A DNA stretch of 64,000 bases from Mobula hypostoma (lineage: Eukaryota). A model generated the notes under the pieces. That model was not told the origin of the DNA. It saw nothing but the letters and a program-made list of their open reading frames with translations, and did not search any database. The position numbers and the translations under genes are program-made. This document shows positions 1-12,235 of the stretch, in pieces. Positions within the stretch are counted from its first letter, which is position 1. Every line of letters begins with the position of its first letter. Location of the stretch: assembly GCF_963921235.1 (NCBI RefSeq), contig NC_086097.1:166162001-166226000 (forward strand), in the 5' to 3' direction.

Positions 1-650
1 CCAGATGGGGTCTAACCAAGGTCTTAGATAGCTGTAACATTACCTCTCTGCTCTTGAACTCAATCCCATGGTTGATGAATGCTAATACACCATACACCTT
101 CTTAACAACACGGTCAACCTGTGCAGCAGCTTTGAATGTCCTATGGACACGGACCCCAAGATCCCTCAGATCCTCTAGACTGCCAAGAGTCTTAGCGTTA
201 ATATTATATTCTGTTTTCAAATTTGACCTTTCAAAATAAACCACTTCACACTTATCTGTGTTGAAGTCCATCTGCCACTTCTCAGCCCAGTTCTGCATTC
301 TATCGATGTCCCACTGTAACCCTCCTGACTATCCACAACGCCCCCAATTTTGTGTCCTAGGCAAACTTACTAACCCACACTTCAACTTCTTCATCTAGGT
401 CCTTTATAAAAATCACAAAGAGTAGAGGTCCCTGAACAGATCTTAGAGGTACACCACTGGTCACCGACCTCCATGCAGAATATGAACCATCTACGACAAC
501 CTTTTGCCTTCTGTGGGCAAGCCAATTCTGGATCTACAAAGCAAGGTCTCCTTAGATCGCATGTCTCCTTTTCTTCTGAATGAGCCTTGCATGGGGAACC
601 TTATCAAATGCCTTACTGACATCCATATACACTATATCCACTGCTCTACC

Positions 651-1504
651 ACTGATCTCCCTCCTGGCACTTATCCGTGTAAGCGGAACAAGTGCTACAC
701 ATGCCCTTACACTTCCTCCCTTACCACCATTCAGGGCCCCAAACAGTCCTTCCAGGTGAGGCAACACTTCACCTGTGAATTGGCTGGGGTGATATACTGC
801 GTCCAGTGCTCCCGATGTGGCCTTTTATATATTGGCGAGACCCGACGCAGACTGGGAGACCGCTTTGCTGAACACCTATGCTCTGTCCGCCAGAGAAAGC
901 AGGATCTCCCAGTGGCCACACATTTTAATTCCACATCCCATTCCCATTCTGACATGTCTATCCATGGCCTCCTCTGCTGTAAAGATAAAGCCATACTCAG
1001 GTTGGAGGAACAACACCTTATATTCCGTCTGGGTAGCCTCCAACCTGATGGCATGAACATCGACTTCTCTAACTTCCGCTAATGCCCCACCTCCCCCTCG
1101 TACCCCATCTGTTACTTATTTTTATACATTCTTTCTCTCACTCTCCTTTTTCTCCCTCTGTCCCTCTGAATATACCCCTTGCCCAACCTCTGGGTCCCCC
1201 CCACCTTGTCTTTCTTCCCGGACCTCCTGTCCCATGATCCTCTCGTATCCCTTTTGCCTATCACCTGTCCAGCTCTTGGCTCCATCCCTCCCCCTCCTGT
1301 CTTCTCCTATCATTTTGGATCTCCCCCTCCTCCTCCAACTTTCAAATCCCTTACTCATTCTTCCTTCAGTTAGTCCTGACGAAGGGTCTTGGCCTGAAAC
1401 GTCGACTGCACCTCTTCCTAGAGATGCTGCCTGGCCTGCTGCGTTCACCAGCAACTTTTATGTGTGTTGCTTGAATTTCCAGCATCTGCAGAATTCCTGT
1501 TGTT
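651..1504 (+). mobile_element. 5'-truncated Penelope-like element (GIY-YIG endonuclease C-terminus plus terminal region) inserted in the CR1 RT
   Basis: The C-terminal part of ORF 504-1082 carries CKRNKCYTC, VIYCVQCSRCGLLYIGETRRRLGDRFAEH and EQHLIFRLGSLQPDGMN. A 9-bp direct repeat TGCTCTACC flanks it (642-650 and 1505-1513), and the CR1 frame (DEGRAVD) rejoins across it. Confidence 0.92.
1371..1408 (+). ncRNA. Minimal type-I hammerhead ribozyme motif in the Penelope terminal region
   Basis: AGTC(1372-75)-CTGACGA(1376-82)-AGG gtcttgg CCT-GAAA(1396-99)-C-GTC(1401-03)-GACT(1404-07). Both catalytic boxes are intact, helix I is AGUC/GACU, stem III is the palindrome ACGT, and the cleavage triplet is GUC. 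Confidence 0.8.
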
Positions 1505-3164
1505 TGCTCTACCTTCATCAATGTGTTTTATTACATCTTCAAAGAATTCAATCAGGCTTGTAAGGCATGACCTGCCCTTGACAAAGCCATGCTGACTATG
1601 CCTAATCAGATTATGTCTCTCCAAATGTTCATAAATCCTGCTTCTCAGGATCTTCTCCAACAACTTGCCCACCACTGAAGTCAGATTCACTGGTCTATAA
1701 TCTCCTGGGTTATCTCTACTCCCTTTCTTGAGCATGGGAACAACATTTGGAACCTTCCAATCCTCCGGTAATTCTCCTGCCCCTATTGATGATGCAAAGA
1801 TCATCGCCAGAGGCTCAGAAATCTTCTCCCTCACTTCGCACAGTAGCTTGGGATATACCTCATCTGGTCCCGATGTCTTATCTAACTTAATGTTTTTCAA
1901 AAGCTCCAGCACATCCTCTTTCTTAATGTGTATATGCTCAAGTGTTTCAGTCCACTATAAATCATCCCCGCAAAGGTCAAGGTCATTTTCCCTGGTGAAT
2001 ACTGAAGCAAAGTATTCATTTAGTACCTCTGCTACCTCCTCCGACTCCATGCACACGTTTCCATTATTGCACCTGGTTGGTCCTATTCTCACATGGCTCA
2101 TCCTCCTGCTCTTCACATGCTTGTAGAATGCCTTGGGGTTTTCCTTAATCCTGCTCACCAAGGCCTATCATGGCCCCTTCTAGCTCTCTTAATTTCATTC
2201 TTAAGCTCCTTCCTGGCAACCTTGCAATTTTCTAGAACCCTATCAGTACCTAGTTTCTTGAACCTTTCGTAAACTTTTCTTCTTAACTCGGTTTTCCATG
2301 GTTCTTCAACTCTACCATCCTTCCCCTGCCTCAATGGAACATGCCTATGCTGAATGCCATGTAAATGTTCCCTGAACATTTGCCACATTTCTGCTGTGCA
2401 TTTCCTTGACAACATCTGTTCCCAAGTTCCTGCCTAATGGCATCATATTTTCCCCTACCCCAATTAAATGTTTTCCCAAATTGTCTGCTCCTATCCCTCT
2501 CTAGTGCTCTGGTAAAGGAGGTAGAGTTGTGATCACTACCTCCAAAATGCTCTCCCACTGAGAGATCTGACACCTGACCAGGTTCATTCCCCAATACCAG
2601 ATCAGTACAGCCTCTCCTCTATTTGGCTTATCTACATATTGCATCAGAAAACCTTCCTGAACACACCTAATAAACTCCACCCCAACTAAACCCCTTGCTC
2701 TAAGGAGATGCCAGTCAATATTAGGAAAGTTATAATCTCCCATCACAATAACCCTATTATTATTGCACTGTTCTAGAACCTGCCTCCCTATCTGCTCTTC
2801 AATGTCCCTGTTACTATTGGGGAGTCTATAAAATACCTAGTAGAGATATTGCCCCCTTCCTGTTTCTGACTTCCACCCACACTGACTCAGTTGACAATCA
2901 CTCCTTGACCTCCTCCTTCTCTGCAGCTGTGACACTATGCCCGATTAGCATTGCCATGCCCCCACCTCTCTTGCCTCCCTCCCTGTCCTTTTTGAAACAT
3001 GTAAAGCCTGGCACTCTCAGCAGCCATTCCTGTCCCTGAGACATCCAAGTCTCTGTAATGGCCACAACATCATAGTTCCACATTTCCATTCACGCCTTGT
3101 TTATGATCCTCCTTGCATTAAAATAGACACATCACAAACCATCAAGCTGAGTGCATCTTTGCCT

Positions 3165-3393
3165 TATCGATGGGCCAGATGCCCTCTCGATGGGCCATAT
3201 TGCTTAATTCTGTTCCTATGTCTTATGATCTTATGAGGTTCTTGACTGGACAAGGCATCAAAGGTTACAGGGAGAAGGCTGGGAACTGGGGTTGAGGAGG
3301 AGAAGGAAAAAGGATCAGCCATGATTGAACGGCAGAGCAGACTCAATGGGCCCGATGGCCTAATTCTGCTCCTGTGTCTTATAGTCTTATGGT
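3165..3393 (+). mobile_element. Two tandem short CR1 3' tails with (TCTTATGR)n ends, inserted antisense into the host CR1
   Basis: Two copies of the 'gatgggcc...taattctg.tcct.tgtcttat..tcttatg' terminus. Similar to the 3' end at 62200-62337. Confidence 0.75.
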
Positions 3394-3426
3394 CTATCAT
3401 CTGCCTATTCTTCCTCAAACTCCCTA

Positions 3427-3503
3427 GTCATAGTCATAGTCAAAGTCATACTTTATTGATCCTGGGGGAAACTGGAAATTGACTAGGACTATGACTATGA
3501 CTA
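3427..3503. mobile_element. 77-bp insertion of a Rex1/Babar-type 3' terminus with inverted (TAGTCA)n/(TGACTA)n arms
   Basis: The left arm matches the termini at 7779 and 63908. It is flanked by a perfect 41-bp direct repeat (3386-3426 and 3504-3544). Confidence 0.8.
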
Positions 3504-6500
3504 CTTATGGTCTATCATCTGCCTATTCTTCCTCAAACTCCCTACAAGCTGTCTTTACTTGTGTGCCAACTGCCCCATCCTCTGCCTCTTCACTTCGGTT
3601 CTCACCCCACTGCAAATCTAGTTTAAACCCACCCAATAGCTTTAGCAAACCTCCCCGCCAGGATATTGGTCTCCCTCAGATTCAAGTACAAGCTGTCCCT
3701 TTTGTACAGGTCACACCTGCCCCAAAAGATGTCCCAATGGTCCAGAAACCTGAATCCCTGCCACCTGCTCCAAGCCTTCAGCCACACATTTATCCACCAT
3801 CTCATTCTATTCCTATACCCACTGTCGTGTGGCACAGGCAGCAATCCTGAGATTATTACCCTTGAGGTCCTGCTTCTCTGCTTCCTTCTGAAATCCCTGT
3901 ATTCTGCTTTCAGGACTGCCTCTTTTTTTCTACCTATGTTGAGAGGGGAAGGCTCAGGGGTTGGAGTAGTCCAGGGACAATAGAATTGAGGGAGGTCATG
4001 TAAATTGATGAGATGGGTAATCATGAAGGGACCAATGAACTGGGAGTTGATGTGTAGAGGCAGATCTCAGAAGGACAGCAAGACATGATCCTCAGTTGTC
4101 TGGTTGGGATCCAGCGGAAGTTAGTCTGGCAGCAGTAGGCAGGGTTGGTGGAAAGCATGCCAGAAGCTGGAGTTGAATTGTGATCCCTGGACCAACACAA
4201 TGTCCTGAAGCATTAGGGGTGAATTATGTGTTGGAGAACAAGGTCTGCTGTCTCAGTGGCTGATGGAGGTTTGGGAGATCAATGAAGTGGAGCACCTTGG
4301 AGAACAGGTACATCACTGTTATCGTTAGCATGGTCCCTTTGGAAGGTGGCAAATCTGTGATGAAATCCATGGCGATGTGAGACAATGGGCATTGAGGGAC
4401 TGGTGGGAAGGAGGGGGTGATATGCAGAAGCTCAGAGGGCTGCTGGTTGGAGGAATTGGATTGGGCACATTGAGGGCAGACGGTGACGTACTGACATACA
4501 TCTGTGATCACGGTGGGCCAGCAGAACAGGCATTGCAGAAATTCTGGAGTCTGTTGTGCACCTGGATGGCAGGAGTGGGTTGGGGAGTGACCCCACTGGA
4601 GTGCCTCAGAGAGCATGGCCTCCGGCATGTACAGATGATTGTCAAGTGTGTCGGCAGGAGCAGGCTCGTGCTGTAGGGCCTGGTGGGTCTGGTTCTCAAA
4701 GCCCCAGATAATCGGGTGAAGATTGGAGAGGATGGACTGATGGGCTGAGGGTCGATCTCCATTTCAGCTGGGTCGACAGAGTGTCCATCTTAGTGTTCTT
4801 GGAGTCAGATCGGTAGGAAGTGGTGAAGTTGAATTGCTTGAAAAGGACCCAGTGAGCTTCATGTGGGTCATGTTGGTGGGTCTGTTGAATGAATATGAGA
4901 TTCTGGTAGTCAGTCCAGATGAGGAAAGGGTCAGTATGTCCCATTACCAATGTATCCATTCCACCATGGCCCATTTGATGGTGGGTAGCTCCCTGCTCCT
5001 ACTCCATAACAACACTGTGTGGAGTTAAACTTACGCGAGAAGAAAGCATAATGGTGTGTCTTCCCATCAAGTCCTTGCCCTGGCAACCATGCCAGATGTC
5101 CACTCTAACACTAAAGGTCTAGAGGAACTTAGATAGTGGAGAATGGGAGAGGCAATGAAGCGTCACTTGAGCTCCTTGAATGGGTGGTCAGCGGCAGCAG
5201 AGAAGGTTATCTGTGAGGTAGGTGATGGTGAGGGAGGTGAGCGGAGTGGAACCTTGGCTGTAGTTTCTGATGAACCAGCAGCAGAACTTTGAGAAACTCA
5301 AAAATGCTGTAGCTGTTTGTGTGAACATGGTCGAGGCTATTCAATGATGGCATGCACTTTCTCTGGGTCCAAAGTTATGTCTTGGGGTGAAAGGATGTGA
5401 CCCAGGAAGGAAGTGACTGGAGTGTGGAACTGGCATTTTTCTAACTTGGAGTACAGCTGATTTTGGAAGAGACACTGCAAGACTGATTAGATGTCACAGA
5501 TGTGGTCTTGGGGTTCTGCGGAGAGGATGAGGATGTTGTCGAGGGAGGTGAACACATACTGTACCTGTGTAGTCTCTCTCAGAGGAGCTCCTTAATGAAA
5601 ACTTGAAAAATGGTTGGATTTTTGGAAAGTCCAAAAGGCATCACCAGGTATTTGTTGTGGCTAGTGGGTGTTATGAACAGTGTCTTCCACTCGTACCCCA
5701 CTAAATAAAGGTCAGGTTGTACATGCTCTATAGATCCAGTTTGGTGAAGATCTGGACCTGCTTAGTGCTTTGAGTGTGCTGTCTACTAAGAGGAAAGGGC
5801 TGCATTTCTTAACGGTGATGGTGTTAAGTCCATGGTAGACAATGCAGGGACAAATTCCCCACCTTTCTTCTTGACAAAAAAGAGAGATGGGGGATCAGGC
5901 TGGTCTGAGATGATCAATTGAAGTGTGCTATAGCGCTTCAGTGATGCAATCATTCATGGCTACGTCCCAGGAGGGGTGAGGGAGAACAGACGATCTGGGT
6001 GAGAGGTGATACCTGGGAGGAGGTCGATCACGCAGTCATGTGGTCTGTGGGGCAGCAGGGTGCTGGTCTCCCTTTTACTGAAGGCACTGTCTAAGTGGTG
6101 GTATTCACGTGGGAATTTGTTGAGGACAAGGGTTTTACTTGGTCTCTGTGGATTTACAGAGTGAGGACAACTGCGGATGCAAGCAGGTAGTCTGGTAGGT
6201 GGGTCCCCAGCTCAGCAGTGAACCAAATTACAAGCAAAGTGATGGTCGTGAGTGGAGAGCCAAGAGTAACCCAAGACGAGAGGAGTGTTAGGTGAGTTGA
6301 TTGGGAGGAACTGAGTGGATTCATTGTATCCTCTGATGCTCATGCACATAGGCCACATGCGTGCTCAGACCATCCCAGACCCCAAGGGACATCAGTCATT
6401 GGCCATGATGCAGGTGAATGAGAGACAGGTGCCTTAGGGAGTCCAAGCTGCACAGACAGAAAGTTTCCTGCTCCTCACCAGTCCTCCAGAGCCTTCTGTG

Positions 6501-7086
6501 TGCATAACACCACTGGGGTGTGGGAGGGGGCAGAGGGACGGTTGGGCTATGGGGCTGGAATGAGGAGACCGGAGAGTTACCAGATAGAAGGCCCCTCTTC
6601 TCTGCCTGGTGGTGCCATTTCCCGAACACAGTGGGCATTTGATGTGTGGGTGATTGGTGGCTCTGCAGTAAGTGCTTAAGTTGTTTCTCCACCAACGCTC
6701 ACTCTCTTGGGGTTAAGGGAGCTCAGAACTCTAAGTGCATGGGTTCTGGAGGTGTTGCTGAGGAGGGTCCTGCAGCCTGAAATGTTTCTGGAAATGGATC
6801 TGGATTCTGGCTGATGATCTGGAGGGCCATTCTACAGGGTGTTTGTCAATTCAGGGGGCCAGAGTGATGAAGCTTTCAAGGTTGGTGGGCATCTCCAAGG
6901 TGGTTAGTTCATCTTTCAAGTGCTTCGAGAGGCTGTGATGGTAATGGGTCAGCAGCTCTTCGGCTGCACTCTGCTGCGATGGTCCTGAATTCCACAGTGT
7001 AATCCAGCACAGAGCGTGAGCCTTGACGCAGAGGAAATATCTGATCTGCTGCCTCTTCCACTTCCTGGATGGTTGAAAACCTGGCG

Positions 7087-7295
7087 TGTAACGTATGGGT
7101 ATATTTCTTATAGAGCAATGACCTCTTCCCCTGTATGGCATATTGATCTGTTGTCTACACATGTGCTGTTGTCTACGCATGCACATTGTCTCTCTCTCTC
7201 TCTCTCTCTCGCCGCAATGTGAATACACCAGTTAAAGCCATCTCCCACATGTGTGCTTTTATTTAATTGATATGCAATTGTGCATAGACACAACA
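7087..7295 (+). repeat. 5' LTR (209 bp, TG...CA)
   Basis: Aligns by eye with 12034-12235. Confidence 0.9.
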
Positions 7296-7778
7296 AATTG
7301 ATGACGGGTATGAACCTGAATGTCACAAAATATCATGAGCTCCACCGACAGTTACAGCTCTATTATGGGACGAAACAGCGAGAGTTAAACAACTTTGACA
7401 GATGCTAACAAATGCGTGAGTACAGTGCATAGTAACGGTTACAGATGTGCTGAATTTAAACTGAAAATAACGTGACAGTGGCTTCAGTCGGGAAAGTTGA
7501 TGAATTTGATAGCGCTAATGAAGATGTATATCCAGAGGTTTGAACTGTATTGTAATGGGAACAATGAGGAGGAGCAAAAGAAAGCTGTTATGCTTCTTAG
7601 CTTAAAGGGTGCAAGAAAGTACAGTCTCTTATGCAACCTAGCAATCCCTGCAAAGCCAGCAAGCAAGACATTTAACAAAATTGTTACAATTTTACAAAAT
7701 CACTTGAGCCCTAAACTGCTGGTAATAGTTGATAGATTTATATTTTACAAAAGGAACGGGTCAAAAGATAAAAGGATT

Positions 7779-8275
7779 TAGTCATAGTCATAGTCATACT
7801 TTATTGATCCCGGGGGAAATTGGTTTTCGTTACAGTTGCACCATAAATAATAAATAGTAATAAAACTATAAATAGTTAAATAGTAATATGTAAATTATGC
7901 CAGGAAATAAGCCCAGGACCAGCCTATTGGCTCAGGGTGTCTGACCCTCCAAGGGAGGAATTGCAAAGTTTGATGGCCACAGGCTTCCTATGACGCTCTG
8001 TGTTGCATCTCGGTGGAATGAGTCTCTGGCTGAATGTACTCCTGTGCCCAACCAGTACATTATGTAGTGGATGGGAGACATTGACCAAGATGGCATGCAA
8101 CTTGGACAGCATCCTCTTTTCAGACACTGCTGTGAGAGAGTCCAGTTCCATCCCCACAACATCACTGGCCTTACGAATGAGTTAGTTGATTCTGTTTGTG
8201 TCTGCTACCCTCAGCCTGCTGCCCCAGCACACAACAGCAAACATGATAGCACTGGCCACCACAGACTCGTAGAAC
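7779..8275 (-). mobile_element. Rex1/Babar-type LINE 3' fragment with (TGACTA)n tail inside the Gypsy gag
   Basis: ORF 7924-8157 (KLHAILVNVSHPLH...STFSQRLIPPRCNTERHRK). On the minus strand AATAAA is followed by the TGACTA repeats. The gag resumes at YIAEL-like sequence. Confidence 0.8.
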
Positions 8276-8781
8276 ATATTGCAGAACTGTGAAAATTTTC
8301 CCAGTACTGTGACTTTAGAGATAGACTTTCTGATGCATTAAGGGACAGGCTTGTATTGTATTGTGACATGCATAGTCAAAGCACTACAACGAGACAGAAA
8401 GAGACCTAACCTTAGAACAGGCATTGACCATTGCAATATTATGAGAGACTGCAACAAGGATGCAGCAGAACGGCAGAAAAGGAGGTTAGAATGTGAAATG
8501 CACAAAATGTCCCTGAATGGTGCAGAAAGCCAAAAATGTTATCGATGTGGCAAATCCTCCCATGATGCAATGACTGGTGGTTCAAAGAAAAAGTCTGCAG
8601 AAAGTGTCACAGATAAGGTCACATAGAGAGAATGTACAAGGCAGACAAAAAGCACAACCAAGTGAAAATCCCAAACACAAAACGAAGCAAATGCATAAAG
8701 CTACTGAGTGTAAAACAGAATCAGACAACATAGAGTCTGACAAAGGTGACATGTCATGCCTAGAATTGCATAGTATTACTG

Positions 8782-8832
8782 AATATAATATGGATCATAA
8801 TATAATATGGATCACAATATAATATGGATCAT
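8782..8832 (+). repeat. 3 x 17-bp tandem repeat AATATAATATGGATCAY at the gag-protease junction
   Basis: Units at 8782, 8799 and 8816. Confidence 0.9.
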
Positions 8833-11800
8833 GATAGTAATAGTGACAGACAACCTGGTGTAAAACTGAAAATGGAGCTGGATACAGGGTCAGCTTTCTC
8901 TATAATTCCAGAGGCTGATGAAAACAAACTGTTTTCTAAGATACCATTAGAAAAGACTTCAGTGATGCTCAAGAATTTCACTGATGAAAAAGTGCCTTCC
9001 AAAAGCAAACTCAAAGTAAATGTGATGTATGGAGGCCAAACACAACAGTTGGAGAAATGTGGAGGGCCAGCACTTTTTGGACGTGAATGGTTGAGAAAAA
9101 TCCAACTAGACTGGCACTCAATCAAACCTCTCAATGTGATATCAGTAAGCAATGGTGGCCCAAATAGTAGCCCTAATCAGGGACTGGCACAGCTACAGCT
9201 GCTTTACACTAATGAGGAGGTGTTTGAGACAGGGATTGGTAAACTCAAAGGCATGAAGGCCAGATTTGAACTGGATGAAACAGAAGCACCAAGATTCCAT
9301 AAAGTGTGTCTAGTGCCTTATGCACTATGTCCTCCTAAAGTGGATGCTGAACTGCAGAGCATGGTGGAATCTGGCATTCTCTCCAAGGTTGAGTAGAGTG
9401 ATTGGGCCATGTCCATTGTCCCAGTGATCAAGAAAGGGAAGGCCAGAGCCGTTCACATATGTGGGGATTTCAAGGTGAGCATCAATCCGGTGCTGCGTAC
9501 TGTGCAGTATCCTGCCATGAATAGAAGACATCTTTGCATCTTTGGCAGGCAGGGAGGTGTTTTCAAAGATTGACTTATCACAGCCTTATCTGCAAATGGA
9601 GATTGAGTCAAGCAGGAAGTTCCTCACAAGGGACTGTTCCAATATAATTGTCTCATATTTGGCATTGCATCAGCTCTAGCAATTTGGCAAAGAGAGATGG
9701 ACAAAGTGCTTCAAGATATCTCAGGAACACAATGTTACCTTGATGACATCATCGTGTCTGACTGAAGAACACCTCCAGAACCCTGGTAAAGTGCTTAACA
9801 GGCTGTGTGACTATGGACTGCATGCAAAGAGAGACAAATGTGAGTTTTTCAAGAAGGAAATTTCATATTGTGGACAGGTCACTGACAAGCATGGCTTACG
9901 TGAGTCACAAGAGAAGACTGAAGCAGTGCTACAGGCACCCAAACTGGAAAATGTGTCACAACTCAGGTCATATTTGGGCCTTGTAAACTACTACCACCGG
10001 TTTCTCTCAAACATTGCTACAGTGCTGTAACCACTGAATGCACTGTTACAGCCAGGTGCAAAGTGGGAATCATCAGAAAGTAGTGAAAGAGCATTCAAGG
10101 AAACAAAGAGACATATAATATCCAATAAACTACTCACTCCTTATGACTCATCCCTGCCCATCAGACTGGCGTGAAATGCATCCGCTTATGGCATTAGAGC
10201 TGTTTTGTCACACATTATGGAAGATGGATCTGAATGCCCAATTGCTTTTGCTTCAAGATTGCTGACGAGCTCAGAATGCAACTACGCATAGATCGACTGA
10301 GTCAATGGCCCTTGGTCGAGTATGAGAGTAAAGAAGTTTCACCACTACTTCTATGGACAAAAGTTTATGCTAGTGACAGATCACCAGCTGCTTGTGTCCA
10401 TTTTCAATCCCAGGAAAGGAATTCCAGTGATGACTGCCACCTGGTTACAATGTTGGGCACTATTCCTAGGAGCCCACTATTATGACATAGAGTTCAGTGG
10501 GAACCAAATAACACAGTAACGCTGATGGCTTGTCATGTTTTCCACTGTTGCCAGGTGAAGAAGAAAATTCTTCATATTGTAACCCAGCCGAAGTGTTCCA
10601 TTGGTGGACTAGTTGCCAGTGGCTAATTCTGAAATACAAAGGGAAACAAGGAATGACCTGACATTGTCCAAAGTCTATGGCATCGCCATGCAAGGAAAGC
10701 CAACTCATGGTAACCCTATGTTTCCAGAGTTCTTAGCGAGACAAGATCAGCTGTCAAAGAAAGCTGATGTGTGGGTCTCGTGATGTGGTTCCCTCTAAAC
10801 TGCACACCAGAATGTCAGAAAATCTGCATGACACCTGGGTACAGTCAAGATGAAGAGTCTCACCTCGAGCTAAGTGTGGTGGCTGGGAATAGATAAAGAA
10901 ATTGAAGACTTGGCCAAAAGGTGTTTGGGATGCCAAAAGGTTTTGAATGCTCCCCCACAGGCACCACTACACCTGTGGGAGTGGCCGTTGTCACCATGGC
11001 AAAGGGTGCATATTGACTTTGATGGGTCATTCATCGACTCCATATTTCCGATTACTGTGGATGCTCATTGAAGTGGCCGGAGCTTAGACCAATGAAGTCA
11101 ACGACCTCAGCAAAGACTGTCTCCACTCTGAGGACTATCTTCACCAGAAACGGCTTACCAGAACAAATCGTAAGTGACAACAGACCACAATACACGTCAG
11201 AAGAATTCCAACTGTTCACGAAGAAAAATGTCATCGGACATTTCAAGTCAGTCCTCACCACCAGCAATGAAGGGGTTAGCTGAAAGATGTATCCAAACCT
11301 TCAAGAAGTCATTAAAGTGATGGACAATGAGGACGTTTCTCGACAGCACAAGGTGGACAATTTCCTTTTTGTGTATCAGAACTCTTTTCCTGCAATGACA
11401 AATCTAACATCTGCAATGTTGTTTATGAGCAGGAATCTGAGACCTCGTGTCAACCTCCTTATACCAGTTCTACAGAGCACAGGGCAGAATAAACACTTCA
11501 GCCAGTTGCCAAGCAAAGCAGCAAGGAGCTTTGAGATTGGACAGGAAGTCCTAGTGTGTAATTACTGAGAAGACAAGTGTATATCCAGGAGGACAGCTAC
11601 AAGAACTGGACTTCTGATGTACACAGTGGATTTTGGAGATCAGACATGGAGATATCATGTGGACCAGATACTGAAGAACACACCTGAGTCGGTCACATCC
11701 AACAAGATGGACACGTTACAGTCTTACCTTTCAGTGATGATGTCTCTGAGAGCAACATAACACTGGAAACTGAGAAGGTTGTGTTAGACAAGACAACTAC

Positions 11801-12033
11801 CAAACCTGATGCTGCTCCACAGGCCCAGAGGCGTGCTGAGAACGTTATTGTTAACAAGACATTTGCCAAACTTGATATTGCCCTACAGGTCCAAAAGATC
11901 TTTAGAACTGTGAAGTTAGTTATGGACTATTATTGTGAAAGCATGTTTATTTGGAATAAGTGTTTTTGAAAGGGTAATTGAATGTTTTGTACATATACAG
12001 TTTTATGTTGCATTAATCTAAAGGGGAAGGAAG

Positions 12034-12235
12034 TGTGATGTACGGATCTATTTCTTTTAGAGCAAAGACCTCCCCCTTAGCACTATGTATTGATCTGTTG
12101 TGTCTGCACAGAGGCTGTTGTCTATGCATATGCATTGTTCTCGCTCTCTCTCTGCAGTGTGAAAACACCAGTTAAAGCCATCTCCTTCATACGTGCTTTT
12201 ATTTAATCAATATATAGTTATGCACAGACATAACA
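12034..12235 (+). repeat. 3' LTR (202 bp, TG...CA)
   Basis: Follows the PPT and matches 7087-7295. Confidence 0.9.

Larger units (their letters stand above)
1..3940 (-). mobile_element. Degenerate CR1-clade LINE (ORF1 SGNH esterase remnant, APE endonuclease, RT), interrupted by later insertions; runs off the window start
   Basis: Minus-strand ORF pieces in the expected order: 3623-4024 (RVIISGLLPVP...FLDHW...LNLRETNILAGRF, esterase), 2898-3089 (YDVVAITETW, APE), 2501-2746 (MGDYNFPNIDW), 1445-1912 (DYRPVNLTSVVGK...SQHGFVKGRSCLT), 552-767 (YMDVSKAFDKVPH). Frameshifts and stops throughout. Confidence 0.92.
7087..12235 (+). mobile_element. Full-length but decayed Ty3/Gypsy (Mag-like) LTR retrotransposon inserted in the gag of the older Gypsy
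   Basis: Paired LTRs, PBS-like TTGATGACG after the 5' LTR, PPT AAAGGGGAAGGAAG (12020-12033), TSD TGGCG/CGGCG. Gag 7497-8700 (CYRCGKSSH), protease LDTG (8824-9396), RT YLDD near 9735, RNaseH (LVTDHQ), integrase (WQRVHIDF, IVSDN). Confidence 0.92.

Noticed and set aside
504..1082. 192-aa ORF as a novel GIY-YIG nuclease gene
   Set aside because: Chimera: the first ~49 codons are antisense CR1 RT and the rest is a truncated Penelope ORF.
1083..1370. Pyrimidine-rich tract as an independent regulatory or triplex element
   Set aside because: Lies within the Penelope 3' region bounded by the TSD; similar tracts accompany other Penelope remnants (e.g. 62750-62885).
8782..8832. 17-bp repeats as a programmed gag-pol frameshift signal
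   Set aside because: Three units add 51 nt inside a decayed element; post-insertion slippage is the simpler explanation and there is no slippery heptamer.
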